DNA from: Marsupella aquatica
Taxonomy: Eukaryota; Plantae; Marchantiophyta
Assembly (NCBI GenBank): GCA_973895155.1
Contig: OZ316896.1
Span: 20,572,754 to 20,636,753 of the forward strand
Reading direction: 5' to 3'
Length of the DNA: 64,000 nt
Part shown: one piece after another, positions 24,034 through 35,952 of the stretch
Position numbering within the stretch: position 1 is the stretch's first letter
Layout: every line of letters begins with the position of its first letter
Notes under the pieces: generated by a model
What the model was told of the DNA's origin: nothing
The model's input: only the letters and a program-made list of their open reading frames with translations
The model's database searches: none
Program-made: the position numbers and the translations under genes

Positions 24034-27000
24034 TTAAGGGATCAAGTCTGTCGTGAGACACCTCACCAGAGAGAACAGTCAGCGCGCACAGATTGGTGTA
24101 TTTGTCGCAGTTTCGCCACAAATCCTCCATAGTAGTCTGTATTATTTAATGTAGAGGCGGATGTGTACAATGGTTTTTAAATTTTAAATACACGTATGAT
24201 CGTTGTGCATCGAATCTCTATGATATGGACTCTTAAACCGAGATATTGCTGACATTCAAGGATTACATGGCAATTTTCGTCTAGAACATGTCTGCTCCAG
24301 TTCTTATTGTTATTTTATTCACTTGTACAACAGAGATCGTTGAGATTTACGCTACTCATGTGACACCTGCTCGAACTGATAGTCACTCCGCGTCATAAGA
24401 AAACTTGCTGGAGACTGCAGAAGCAAAATAAAATTCCTTGCCACCCCGATGACCGCCCTGCCCAGGCGAAGTGCCTTGAGACTGTCAAGGGATTCAGCAC
24501 ACACGCCCTTTAGGTTTGCATTCGAACAAAATTTACCGTAAGTCTGCACGCTACTAAAGAAATGTACGACGAAGACTGAATTTTGAAGTCACTAAACTGC
24601 CACCTATGGCTGAGCGAGGTATGGCTTTCAACTCCACGATGGCCAGAATTCCAGGACTTTCAGGACTTTACATCACACTGATTAACAGGAAAAGCGTCTC
24701 ATGGCATGCTTGAAGTCACCATTGTTATGACGAGACCTGCTGGCGTTTATTTCTTTTTCAGGTGGACCAAAGCATGTAGGCACAATGATAAGAGAATTCA
24801 ATCGAACGGAGTCTGTATGTACTGGACGTTACCTCAGTGTGGAATGTAACTGTGGAAGTCATAAGCATTTAAGACCTTTTGCAGAACTAGCACTGAAGGC
24901 CAGTGATGGGAAAAGACTCTGTCAAGATTTTCCCTTCTCCGCAGTCTGTAGGATTTTTCCACATTTGAGATCCGGCCAGCTGCCCACGGAGATTCCTGGA
25001 TTACTGAGGATGCGAGGAATTGGACAGAATTGTGTGCCCCCCACATCGTGGCCCCCGAAAGGATGGTTCATGCAGTTCAGAACTCCAACGTCATTTCATT
25101 TTCTTGACAGTGCTCAACATGATTTTCTTCCGTTGAAAATGAACTCAGGTAACAAACTTTGAATGCATGTGTTGTGATTATCTGAAGGCATCGTAGGCGT
25201 CCATGGAAAAAAACACATATTTGCTTGGGATCACACGTGATTCCATTGAAAATAGACTTAAGTAACAAACTATGAATTGGTGCGTTGTGATTATCTTAAG
25301 GCATCGTAGGGGTCCACAAAAAAACACGAAAACAGGAATTTGCTCAGGATCGCAAATGTTGCAAGGGTCGCTGCCAAATCAATTTCCATCAAGCGATCAT
25401 GGGCCTGATTTACAGCTTCTAGAGGTCTGAAGATTAGTTAAAATTCACGCATAACCATCAGCTACTGCATCCACTGTCTTGTCGGAATACTGAGCGCTTC
25501 GGATACTGACCCTGAAACACAACTTGAATCACCAAGCGTCCCTTTGAATCCCTCCCATTACGACCCACCACTAACTGTTTGACTGAGAACCAGCGAGGCA
25601 AGCATAATTCAGTGCGTTGCTTGAGTATGGTGGACACTAATGTAATTCCATAAAATTTCCTGTCTATATGAACGCTGCCCTCTCACGAAGAACCTTCGAC
25701 AGTGAAATCGATCCTTTCAGCATGAATCAGTGCTCTTACTAAACCGTGTCGATGCCACTGGTTAGACATAAAAATCGAGCATGATATCAGGATAACTACT
25801 ATGACTAGCTAGGAAGTATGGTCAGTCGCACTGGTGCCGACGAGATCACTGCCGTGAAGGACTTCTTTCTTGCCAACTCAGTTCTCGGTCTCCACTGGTC
25901 AGAGACATTCAACGAAGTAGAGAACCAGGCCCGGAACGAGGTCAAGCTGGAGATCGTCAGAGATTTTCCACCCCTCTGGCAATTTTTGCAAAACAGGGAG
26001 GGAGTCTCGAAAGGTTCAGTTATCGCTGTACATCGGCAGGTTTGGTTCAAGAAGCCGTTTCCATCACTCTGGCCATAAGTCCATCAAAGGACTTAAAAAT
26101 CCTTTGATAGAAAAATCATCAGAATTGACAATCATGAGGATCGTTATATATGCGAGCTCGTTATAGTAGCAAGCAGGAAGTTTTAAATTTGACATACGGG
26201 TTTGACTGGTAGATCTGAGTGTATCGGAAGTTATCTAGAGCAGTAGTGTCCCTGCAAATCGTTTAAGCCGTGCAATGCCATCCCCTTAAGCGGGATTGTT
26301 TTGCTGCAAAGGGAGAGGTCCAAGAATCTTGGTGAAGCTCGATGTATTGATTTGGCTTCAGATTTGGTTTGGTAGTAAAGGTTCAAAAACTTGTAGCTTG
26401 AAACTTCACAGTTGTTGCTAAAGCATTGATGATGACCTCAACGAGTTTATCTCGAAAAGAATCAAATTATAGGAAAAGGAGCAAACAAAATACAATGGAC
26501 AAGACTCAAAAGTGGACCAGAGACAACAAACACGAGAGGGCAAGTGCAAATTAACAGAGAAGGGACCCAGAGCTTTGTTTTGAAGCGTTTTTAAAAGTGA
26601 CATACTCTTGCAAGTTCTAGTCTTTTTTTGTTTTTTGGTTTTTTTTAGGAAATGGTGAACCATTTATTAGAGAGGCCACTGAGGGGCAGAAAGCAAAACT
26701 AATCCCCAAGGGCCAGAACTCACACCAATGAGGCTGCAGCACCAAAAGCGAGCGCATCAGACCACAAGGTCATCCTCAAAAGATAAGGGTTAAGAGGGAA
26801 CAAAAACTGCCATTAGAAACTGACATGAGATGAGTCCATAGGCGGACTTTAGTACAGGTCTACAGCAGCACAATGCTCCAAAGTGAGCATGTGCCAAGTT
26901 GAAATAACTTTGTTTCAAATTGTGCACCAAGCCTTCTTCCAGCTTCTGGTGATTTGTTTTCCTGCCCTCTTTGAAAAGGAGGGGGGGGGAGTAAGTTGAT

Positions 27001-28199
27001 ACTTTCACTACCAGAGAAGATGGTGAGGAGTTGATATACCCTAAGTTCTTATCTTTGCAATGTAGGTACACAGAGTAATTGTTTGGATTTTCACAAACAC
27101 ATGCCAGCAACTTCCAAAAGTGCAAGATGTTTTGCGCTTCTGCATGTACATGTCCAAAGTAATAAGTCTTGCAAGTTGTGATGCAATGCCATAAGTCCTA
27201 AGTCATATCAAGACGGGCACCTCAAGGAAAAGTTAGAACAAGGCCCGAGAAGTAGAATATACATGAGTGGGCTAACACAGTTGATTGACATGAAGTAGAG
27301 CCTGCAAGTGACATAAGCCCCTACCAGCCGATGCATCGATGGGATGAGATCGAGGAAACTTTGAGAGGAAATGATTATAAGCATGTCCCGTTCCCAGAGT
27401 CCCCAAATGAGCATCAAAAGCGTTATTGCCTGCAAAGATAATTGATTTGCATGCAAAGTCTCCGCCTGCTGAAATTTGACGCCAATATCCCTTTGATGTG
27501 CCACTTCCACAGGTGCCTGTATAAATGGGCCCCCACCAGTGTTTCCTTACTAGTAAATTTCAACACACATTTGCTACCAGGTGCAGGGCCTTGCCAATGA
27601 TACAAATGTGTTTAAAGACCCATAATTATAGTGACTTGTTCACCATAATCAACAGTCCATATTTGACTGTACAATCATAGATTTTACTTGTTATATACTG
27701 TTACTGTACAAGTCAAGTACAAGATGATTGTTTGCAGCCAGAGGCTTCTCAACTCACCATAAGTGCAGCCTGCCCAAAATAAAAATGGATTCATCTGCCC
27801 CCACCTTGCACCAACACTATTCACTCCTGCTCTAGTGAATAGTGGGCCCTCCCATTTTTGCAAAAGTTTATCACAACATGTAAACTATTTTTTGAAGCCA
27901 ATTTGTTGCTGGTTGTAGATCTTGCAAAGATCTATTTTTGGGGCAATATACAGACCCCTCTGATGAACAAATGAGATGACAGTGAGCACCTAAAATTCCC
28001 CAAAATGACCCAAATTGTCTGAAAACAGTCCATGTAAGCAGTTGTATGTGCCCATGCATTATAAACAATAGAAGCTACTGGTAACGCCTGAAATACAGAC
28101 AGTTGTAGTGTGGGGGGGAGACCACCATTGAGCAAGTTGTGCAACTGGCCATAACCGACTGGAAAATGTTGTTATATACTAGCTCAATACCCGTGCTTT

Positions 28200-28830
28200 G
28201 CCCAAAAGAAATTGTGTCGGCCAAGATGTCGTTGAGAACAAAAAAGATGTGGTGTCGGCCAAGAGGCCGTTGAGAAAAATGAAGTCATTGAGAAAAAAGA
28301 TGTCGCGTTGGCCAAGAGGTCATTGAAAAAAAAGTTGCCATGTCGGCCAAGATGTTGTTGAAAAAAAGATGTTGTGTCGGCAAAGACATCATTCAAAGAA
28401 AGATGTTGTGTCGGCCAAGACATCGTTGAGGGAAAATACCCATACATTGCACAAAAGATGTCGTTAAGAAAAAAGTTGTAAGTTGTGTCGCCCAAAATGT
28501 CATTAAAATAAAGATATCGTGGCGCCCAAGATATTGTTAAGAAAACAGATGTTGTGGCGCCCAAGATGTCGTGTCCCCCAAGATGTCGCTAAGAGGAAAA
28601 CGTTGTGGTGCCCAAAATGCTCTTAAGAGAATTATATGTTGTGTTTTCCAAGAATGATGTTCTTATGTGAAAGATGCCATGAAGTAAAAAGATGTTGTTA
28701 AGAAAAAGAAGTCACTTTGCCAAAGATGGCATGTTGCCCAAAAGGTTATCAAGTAAAAATTGTGTCAAATAGATGTCATGTCGCCAACGATGTTGTTATG
28801 CCAAAGATGTCATTAAGTATTAAAATGTTG
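28200..28830. repeat. ~35-bp degenerate minisatellite (ccaagatgtcgttgagaaaaaagatgttgtgtcgg)
   Basis: More than 10 degenerate tandem units. Related motifs occur on the opposite strand around 60120-60800. Confidence 0.8.
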
Positions 28831-28834
28831 TTAA

Positions 28835-29126
28835 TGTTGAGTATTGCTCTTAGTCTTGTGACTCTAGAGCTAACCACAGTTAGGCTAACTCAAGTTAGGA
28901 CTTAGTTGAGGTTAGCAATGATGCATGATGTATATAACCAGGGCTGATGCCAGCCCCTAGTGGATCTTCAGTTCATTGTTGGAGTTGGGCAAGAGAGAAA
29001 TAAAGGTTTCTTGCTTTGCCGTGGACGTAGACTCGGTCATGAGGTGAACCACGTACTCGTTGTGTTGACTACTTTGCATGGTGTTCACATGTGCATGGTG
29101 TCTCGGGATAGGGATTATCCCCAACA
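28835..29126 (+). mobile_element. Solo LTR, 292 bp, copia-like
   Basis: TGTTG...CAACA ends and 5-bp TSD GTTAA (28830-28834, 29127-29131). TATA-like tatataa and the gtggacgtag...gaaccac motif. Homologous to 59541-59901. Confidence 0.88.
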
Positions 29127-29249
29127 GTTAAGTGCAAAATGGTCACTAGATAAAGTATGTCATTACTCAAAGATGTTGTGAAGTAAAAGATGTTGTCAAG
29201 TACATCTCGGGCCTGATACCTGTGCATTGCACAAATAATGCGTGTTGAG

Positions 29250-29660
29250 GTGAGAAAATATATCAAGTTGAGAAAAGATGTCGATAAGAGAAAAACATTT
29301 CAAGCTGAGAAAAATATGTCAAGGAGCTAGAGAAAATATGGCAAGGTGAGAAAACGATGTCATATTAGAGAAAAACATTCGGAGGTGAGAAAAATATGTC
29401 AAGGAGAGAAAAGATGGCGAGATGAGAAAAAGATGTCATTATGAAGAAAAAATGTTGAGGATGAAGAAAGATGTTGTGGTGAGATAAAGATGGCCAGCCG
29501 GTGAGATAAATATGGCAAAATGAAACAAATATAATATATATGTTGAGGTGAGAACGAGGGTGAGAAAAGATCTCAAGGTGAGGAAAATATGTCAAGATCA
29601 TGAGCAAAGATCTTGAGGTGAGAAGATGTTAATATGAACTAAAGATGTCAAGATGAGAAA
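29250..29660. repeat. ~19-bp degenerate minisatellite (gagaaaaatatgtcaaggt)
   Basis: Many degenerate tandem units visible directly. Confidence 0.75.
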
Positions 29661-32506
29661 ATATTTTATGTATATTTTATTTATATTATTTAAAAAAAAT
29701 AGAATTATTTATATATGAACAAATTTAATTAAAATTTGATTAATTTTTTCATTGTAGCAGGTATGGGAAGGTTAAAGGGTAGCTTGGACAGGAACTTATT
29801 TTTAGAAGGGGTGTATGGATAGATCTGACAGTGGAAAAAATTATGTTTTGATCTCGGGGGTTTCACCTCCACAAAAATATGTGCGACAAAGTATAGGGTA
29901 ATTTTATTGGTTCGAAGGGAAGACTTAAAAGAATTTTTTGAGAATAACAATAGGGTCAATTAAATACAGTTTTGAGACTTATAAGAACATTAGGGTCCTT
30001 ATAACCAAATTTTGGAATATTCCAAGAATACTTCAACTTTATAGGGGTTGAATTTTTTTTCATACATTTTAGGGGGTCCAAGGCCTGAAAACGTTGGAGG
30101 TGATGGGGAGACATCCATATAGTGAGACCCCTGAGATTTTGATGAACATTCAAGATTGATTGTCATTTTTTTTAAGTTTGTAAAGGGATAGGATAAGTAT
30201 TATAGTGGTACATGGTAAAGGGAGGTCTCCTTGATACTATTGCATTGCTAGATACCCTCCTTATTTTCTTTGTACTATTAAATTCATTTTTTGCTTGGAA
30301 ACATAATTGCTCGCCATTTTCATTCACAAAGGAAATCATTCTTTCATGTTTTTCATTTTTGGGATAATGCAAATTTGAATGACTACTACAAAAAAGTAAC
30401 ATTTTATTATAGCTTTTGACATTGTACTTGTCATCTAAGTTATTGTGTTTAATTAACCTATTTTAATTAAATTACTATCATTATTATATTTTGCAATATT
30501 TATAATAGTTGCAATAATATATAGTATCATATATATATATTATATACTTTTATCAATCTATTCATTAAAAGTGAATTGTTATTTAATTTATGAACATTTG
30601 GATAATAGAAAGTGTACATGTGGCCTTCAAAAAGTGTACAATTAGGCAAGAAATAAAGTTGATGGCCATCAGATGTACCACCATGTTCATTCTTTGTAAA
30701 TGAACGAGGATGAGATTTCTTCTAGTCAAGATCATTTTTGTCACCTCAAGTTTACAATTGATCATTTAGGTGTAGAGTATTATACCATAGTGTACCTTTT
30801 GGGTTTAAAAAGTGAACATTTAGAGGCCTAAAAGTGAACAAAATAAATACACTTTTAATGAATAGGGTAATTTTTGTATTTAATGTGTATGGATCAAGAA
30901 TCTCCTTGATACTCATGCATGTACATTCTCTCTGTTGTTTTCTGTGCCCCATTGGCTCGAGCATTGGCTCACTCCTTTTGTGTTTCCCATTTGATTTCCC
31001 TCTTGTTTGGAATGTATTTATTACTTCTTTGGTTCACACAAAATTTAATATAACCTTTATTTCTTCTCTTTGACATGATTAATGTTTTTTGGACCAAATT
31101 TGAATGATGACTGCTTCATAAAAAGGCGCCACCTTGCATTATAGTTTAGTATATTATCCATATACTGTTTTTTGTTTTGTTTTTGCCTTATTTTACATAT
31201 ACTATTTTTTGTTTTTTGCCTTTTTGCAGCTATGGTAGTTGAAGGAGAGCTTATTTCACTGACCATAATTCTTCAACAAATTATGTAGTGGTAACACTCA
31301 ACCAAAAGCAACCTTGACAATAGAGGCTAGCTTTTAAGGCTAGATTTCCTCCTGTTTCCAAGAAATGTTGCTCTAGCAGATTACATACTCCATTGTCACC
31401 CAAAATATCTGCCCTCTGTACTCTCTTTTTGCTTTGTTAAACCAGAGTTTTAACTTATTACTAATGGGCATCTGCTGTTCTGGTATGACCAGAAATTGAG
31501 GAGTGCCAGTGGTAGTTCATCAATAGTGAACAGTGGGCTGTTTATTCTAATTTTTGCAACCTGGGCTAGTTAAGTGCAGCAACAGACGTGCAGCAAGTGT
31601 ATTTGGAGAGTTTAAAAATAAGACAAGGTTAAAATGTCAATGAGCTATAATAGGGTGGTATTTGGGAGTTTTTCTGATTAAAAATAGACATAAATATTAG
31701 GAAAAAAACCAATGGGAGGGAGAAAAATTATAACACCAGGTTCCTGAGCCATTCCAGGAAAATAAGGCCACCTTTTTGGATTTTTGGGCAGCATTTTTAA
31801 AGTGCCAAAAGTAGCCAATTTTGCCCCAACATAAAATATGTGCCACTTTTGGTATAAATTAGCCCAACTTTAATTTTTGCACAGATCCCATTGGCAGAGA
31901 ATATCATACAGTTATCCTTAAATCTAGGGAGATCCAAGAAAACTGATGCTTCCATGTACCTCAAGGTTGGACTTTTGAAACCCCCATGAGCCACATTTCC
32001 CAAAATTTGAATTTAAATGTTAATAAATCTGATCATAAATTCAAATAGTTTTTAGTTTTGAGGGTGTGCTAGAGCAGTAGGTGAGTTCCATTTCCATCAA
32101 AGTGACAGTGAGTTTTTTGGCCATTTTTATAGAATTATTTATCATGGAATGTAGAGGGGTAAATTCTATAAGATTTTTTTTCATTACATTAATATGAAAT
32201 ATTAGGGCTTGTCTTTTTTCATATCAGATTCTACTCCTTCTCTAGTTGTCATGCGGGTGAAAAACTATATCTTAAGATCATAATCATCAAATTATAAGTA
32301 CAAAATTCACATGGAACACCAACATGGAAGGTTCATCCGGCCTTCACTTTCCCATGGATCGAGATACTTGGAAATGTTGTGACTGCGATGGTATGAGTTA
32401 AACCTCACTATATCAGACAGTGTAAGAGGAGGAAAACAGCAGCCAAGGTCATTTGGGTCCAGTTTCTTTCAATTTGACAGAGTTTTAGGTCGGGCCTCCT
32501 TGTTTA

Positions 32507-32688
32507 CGAGAAAGCTAGGACCTCCATGTTTAAACCACCACTGGCCAGAAAAAGGATAAATGTCCATGTCTTCTCCCTTTTTCAAATTACTCTCCTCTAC
32601 AGTGAGACTTTGCTCCACAATTTTTGGAAAATGTACGTACGAAAATGGTGAAATATGGTGTAACCAGGTTTTTTTCATGGGTCTTTAA
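32507..32688. mobile_element. ~180-bp MITE-like insertion in the duplicated APE1 intron
   Basis: Absent at the paralogous site (about 14361). Imperfect inverted ends gacctccatgtttaaacc / ggtttttttcatgggtc. Degenerate flanking direct repeat ttta(c/a)gagaa. Confidence 0.5.
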
Positions 32689-32710
32689 GAGAAGTTCACT
32701 GCTTTTGCAA

Positions 32711-33693
32711 GGTGGAGGCACTCAAAGATGGAACGCCCCAAAACTAATCCAAAACTTCAATCTATTCGTGAAGAGGTGAGCTCTAATCGTCTACAGTAGG
32801 TCTCTTATCAGGGTTACATGTCCATTCCCAACGCATCGGAATGCTACAGCATAAAAGCTCTTTCATCAGCTAGATTCGCAGGTAGCGACTAATGAGCATG
32901 AGAGAAGAATTGTATGCTCAATCAGGCTTGAGGTGGCTATTAAAGGCACCTCCCACTGCTTTGGTGGGAGCTCTTTACTTTGAGGACCACCAGGATTACT
33001 TTAGGATCATGTGTACTTAAACGAAACAGTTCTTCACCTTTCTTGAAACAGTTCTTCACCTTTCTGATGGACTTGGTGGGACCGACGATGATAGTGGAGG
33101 AATCTGGGGATAAGTAATATACATTAGTGATTGCGCTTGAAGCAAAAGCTTTGAAGCTGGACAATTTCGAACAGCGACAGGTAGTACCGATGTAGTGAAA
33201 TCCTCTTGGATTGTCATTATCATCGCCAAAGGAAGGTTGTATCCATGTTCTAAGAGCTTACAGGCGTCCAGCAAGTTTTGAAAGTACTAACTGTTAAATT
33301 ACAACACATGTCTTTATCCTGCAGGCTAAGTTTACGTCATTTTGTGGACCAGGGATCTCAACAAACATCTGTAACTTATACTTTCACTGATCATTCAAAG
33401 GTATCATACAATATGTTCTAGCCAGTATTTGAGGTTCAGTTTTACTGACATTTTTGCTTCTCAGCCAAGCTTGAAATTTGGGTCCTCGTGATAGTTTTTT
33501 ATGCTTTGTCTTCAGTGATACGTAAGGTTAGCAAGCACAGACCAGAGATCTGAATACTAATAATCCTGACCTGAGGTGTCCAACATGTCGTCTTGCAGCA
33601 GCAGGGAGTGGAACATACATCTATGAGGTCGCCTTAGTTGCTGATGGTGGTCCACACGGGGGTCCACAAGCTGCAACGCCAGCTGCGTCCTGA
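32711..33693 (+). pseudogene. 5'-truncated APE1 pseudogene fragment (copies of exons 6-9)
   Basis: Acceptor cag changed to caa at 32708-32710, an 11-nt insertion in the exon 6 copy, in-frame TAA at 33115-33117, a short duplication in the last exon. Exons 1-5 are absent. Confidence 0.9.
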
Positions 33694-34436
33694 AAACAGC
33701 AGAGATTAGGAACGAAAAACTGCAACGGATGGGCACGTATTTGCAGAAGTTTGATGTCTCACGCTTTTATTCGTTTCGTAAGCAGAATCTGAAAGGTTTT
33801 GTGTGTTCTTTTATTGCCCGTAGTATCACTTGTAGTAGTATGAAGATGCTCGTTGTAATTGGGACTCTCCAAAATTAGTGCTTGGACAGTACCTCTGATA
33901 TTTATTTGGTGGAAGGATGTTTCGTCTTTATAGTTTGGCTGCTTCTGATCTTCTTAATTTTGCTGGAACCTGAATTAATCTTCCAGACGGAACCTTTGCA
34001 AATTAATTCTGGAACAGAACGCAAAATAATTAACCAAATATATTGAGCAGGCTATCACAGTTGCAAAAAGCTCTGACTCCTACAAACGTGATCAACTTAG
34101 AGGAGAGGTGGACGCAAAATCTGAAGAGTCGTCCACTAAAATACACGGACCTCCATAGTCAAGACACCACTTACATCAGTAAACGCAAAATTAATCTTCC
34201 AGACGGAACCTCTTGACTTACCCTGGTAGACAGTGATGACGCATGTCTAAGTAAAGAACAACGCTCAACGTGAGATATACAACCGGAATTTTAAGAAGTT
34301 GGGTATAAGGCTCCTAAGCCCAACACGCTGGTATTTTTTTGCACCAGTGTGCGCACTGTAAGTTTACATAATTTCATCTCAACATCCAGGGTAAGTCTTC
34401 TCCACGAGCTGGTTGTAAGTAATATAAAGCAATTCT

Positions 34437-34676
34437 TGTTAGAACAGTATTACTCGTAAGCTGTATTACGTATTAGCCGCTGGCTGCTGCGGCTCCTAGT
34501 CTCTTTGTGCCGTTGCTCCCTTGTCGCTTATGCGCAACTCACGGCAGACAGATTAGCTGTTGATCTTAGGTTAGTCTGCTGGTCCGTTGATCCTCCCCTT
34601 TTCCCGGTTGCTCCAGCCTCTACTTAACCTGGCCTCCGGTGCGTCTTCCTCAGTACAACAGTGATAGATTCTAACA
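34437..34676. mobile_element. Solo LTR, 240 bp
   Basis: TGTTAGAA...TTCTAACA ends and 5-bp TSD ATTCT (34432-34436, 34677-34681). Empty site with a single attct in copy A at about 16294. Confidence 0.88.
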
Positions 34677-35952
34677 ATTCTGTCTCAGCTCCTTAGACAG
34701 ATGAGCCTCTAAGCCTCCCAATAGTTTAACACACAACATCGTCATCCAACAGATGACCACGGATGAAATCGGAATGCACAAGAAAAATGGGCCAAGGTGA
34801 AAAGTAATTCATCTGTTGACTTCCACAGCGAACGTCTCGTGGGTATTCCATTCGAGAGCATCAGTAAAAAGAAGTGAAGTAAATGACCAATGAACTCTTT
34901 CTATCAAACGGGAAACGAAACAGGACTGGAAACGGGGGGGAAGGAAAAAAATTGACGGACTTACGAGAAAAAGTAGACAAAAGTTGTCATGGGTCTCGAA
35001 GATTATCGGGGAACGCAGCTAGTCTCTATAACACACTGACGTTACGAGATACAATAGACAAAAATTATACTGGGTCTCGAAGTTTGGCACCGGGAACGGA
35101 GCTAGCTGATATTGTCAAAGTCCTTCCTTCGATTGCCGAGCGCTCCGGGCCTTCGTTCTCATGTATCTAGTCGAGCAGGTTCACAGTTGCAGCGCTCGGG
35201 CTATCCCCTTTGGTCTCAACATTCCGCGTAAAACCTTTTACACTAGCTGGAAGTATATATATATTCCGGAGCTCGGGAAAGGAAAGTCTTGAATGAATGG
35301 GTACGTTATATTGATTACCAAATGGGTGAATGACGACCTTCCCAGAAATTAAGCTACAAAGAGTGCCGCTTCAGATCGAGACCGCGTTAGAGGACCTTTA
35401 CGTACAGGAGCTGCGAATGTCCCCCCTGTAGCCGAATTCTGTGGGTTACTTAACGCTTAAAAAACACTTCAGCCGGCTCGAAATTGTTAAAAAAACACTT
35501 TAAGCACGGGCCTGAGCATCCCGTTGTCACGTCTTACTTATCTGTTTTCTCCGCAGTAGGAGATGGATGCCCAGGCCCGTGCCCAGGAGAGAGCACACCG
35601 GGTGTGTTACTTAACGCTTAAAAAATGCGGCTCCGAGGAGATCGGAGATTGGATTCGTTGATCAGGACGGACGGCATGCATTCTTGTAATTTACTTTTCC
35701 GGCTTTTGTGAAGAACATTCTACTGTCTTGTCAGAGTCCCCTTGAGTCGCTCATGCCGGGATATTTAGTCGTTCCTATATATGGGGCTCCTCCTGCCGCT
35801 AGACTTGCATCAAATCAATTGCTTGTGGTAAACCAGGAGTCCGAGATGTGCCTACTGATGGTGCTTGATTTCCTGTGCCAACATGCTCCAGCCGTTTGGC
35901 CGGGAAGGGAAGCCTTCTTCCTGATCGTGAAACTACAGTAAGGTCCAAGCCA

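Larger units (their letters stand above)
28179..31149 (-). mobile_element. Probable non-autonomous Helitron-like insertion (~3 kb)
   Basis: Absent from copy B, where the flanks join near 46461. The minus-strand 3' end reads gcaaagcacgggtattgagCTAG|t (partial hairpin plus CTAG). The minus-strand 5' end ctaaactataat lies in an AT-rich site. No TIR; internal minisatellites. Confidence 0.5.
14277..31255 (+). repeat. Tandem segmental duplication, copy A
   Basis: Collinear homology blocks with copy B: 14277-17720 vs 32414-35625, 20395-26926 vs 38260-44707, 27690-28178 vs 45977-46465, 31150-31255 vs 46461-46533. Confidence 0.9.

Noticed and set aside
25805-26078. Short ORFs conserved at 25805-26078 and 43217-43807 as a small gene family
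   Set aside because: Conservation reflects the duplication; copies differ by frameshifts and a TAG stop, and no motif was recognised.
28200-28830. CRISPR-like array
   Set aside because: Degenerate tandem minisatellite without unique spacers, in a eukaryotic context with no cas genes.
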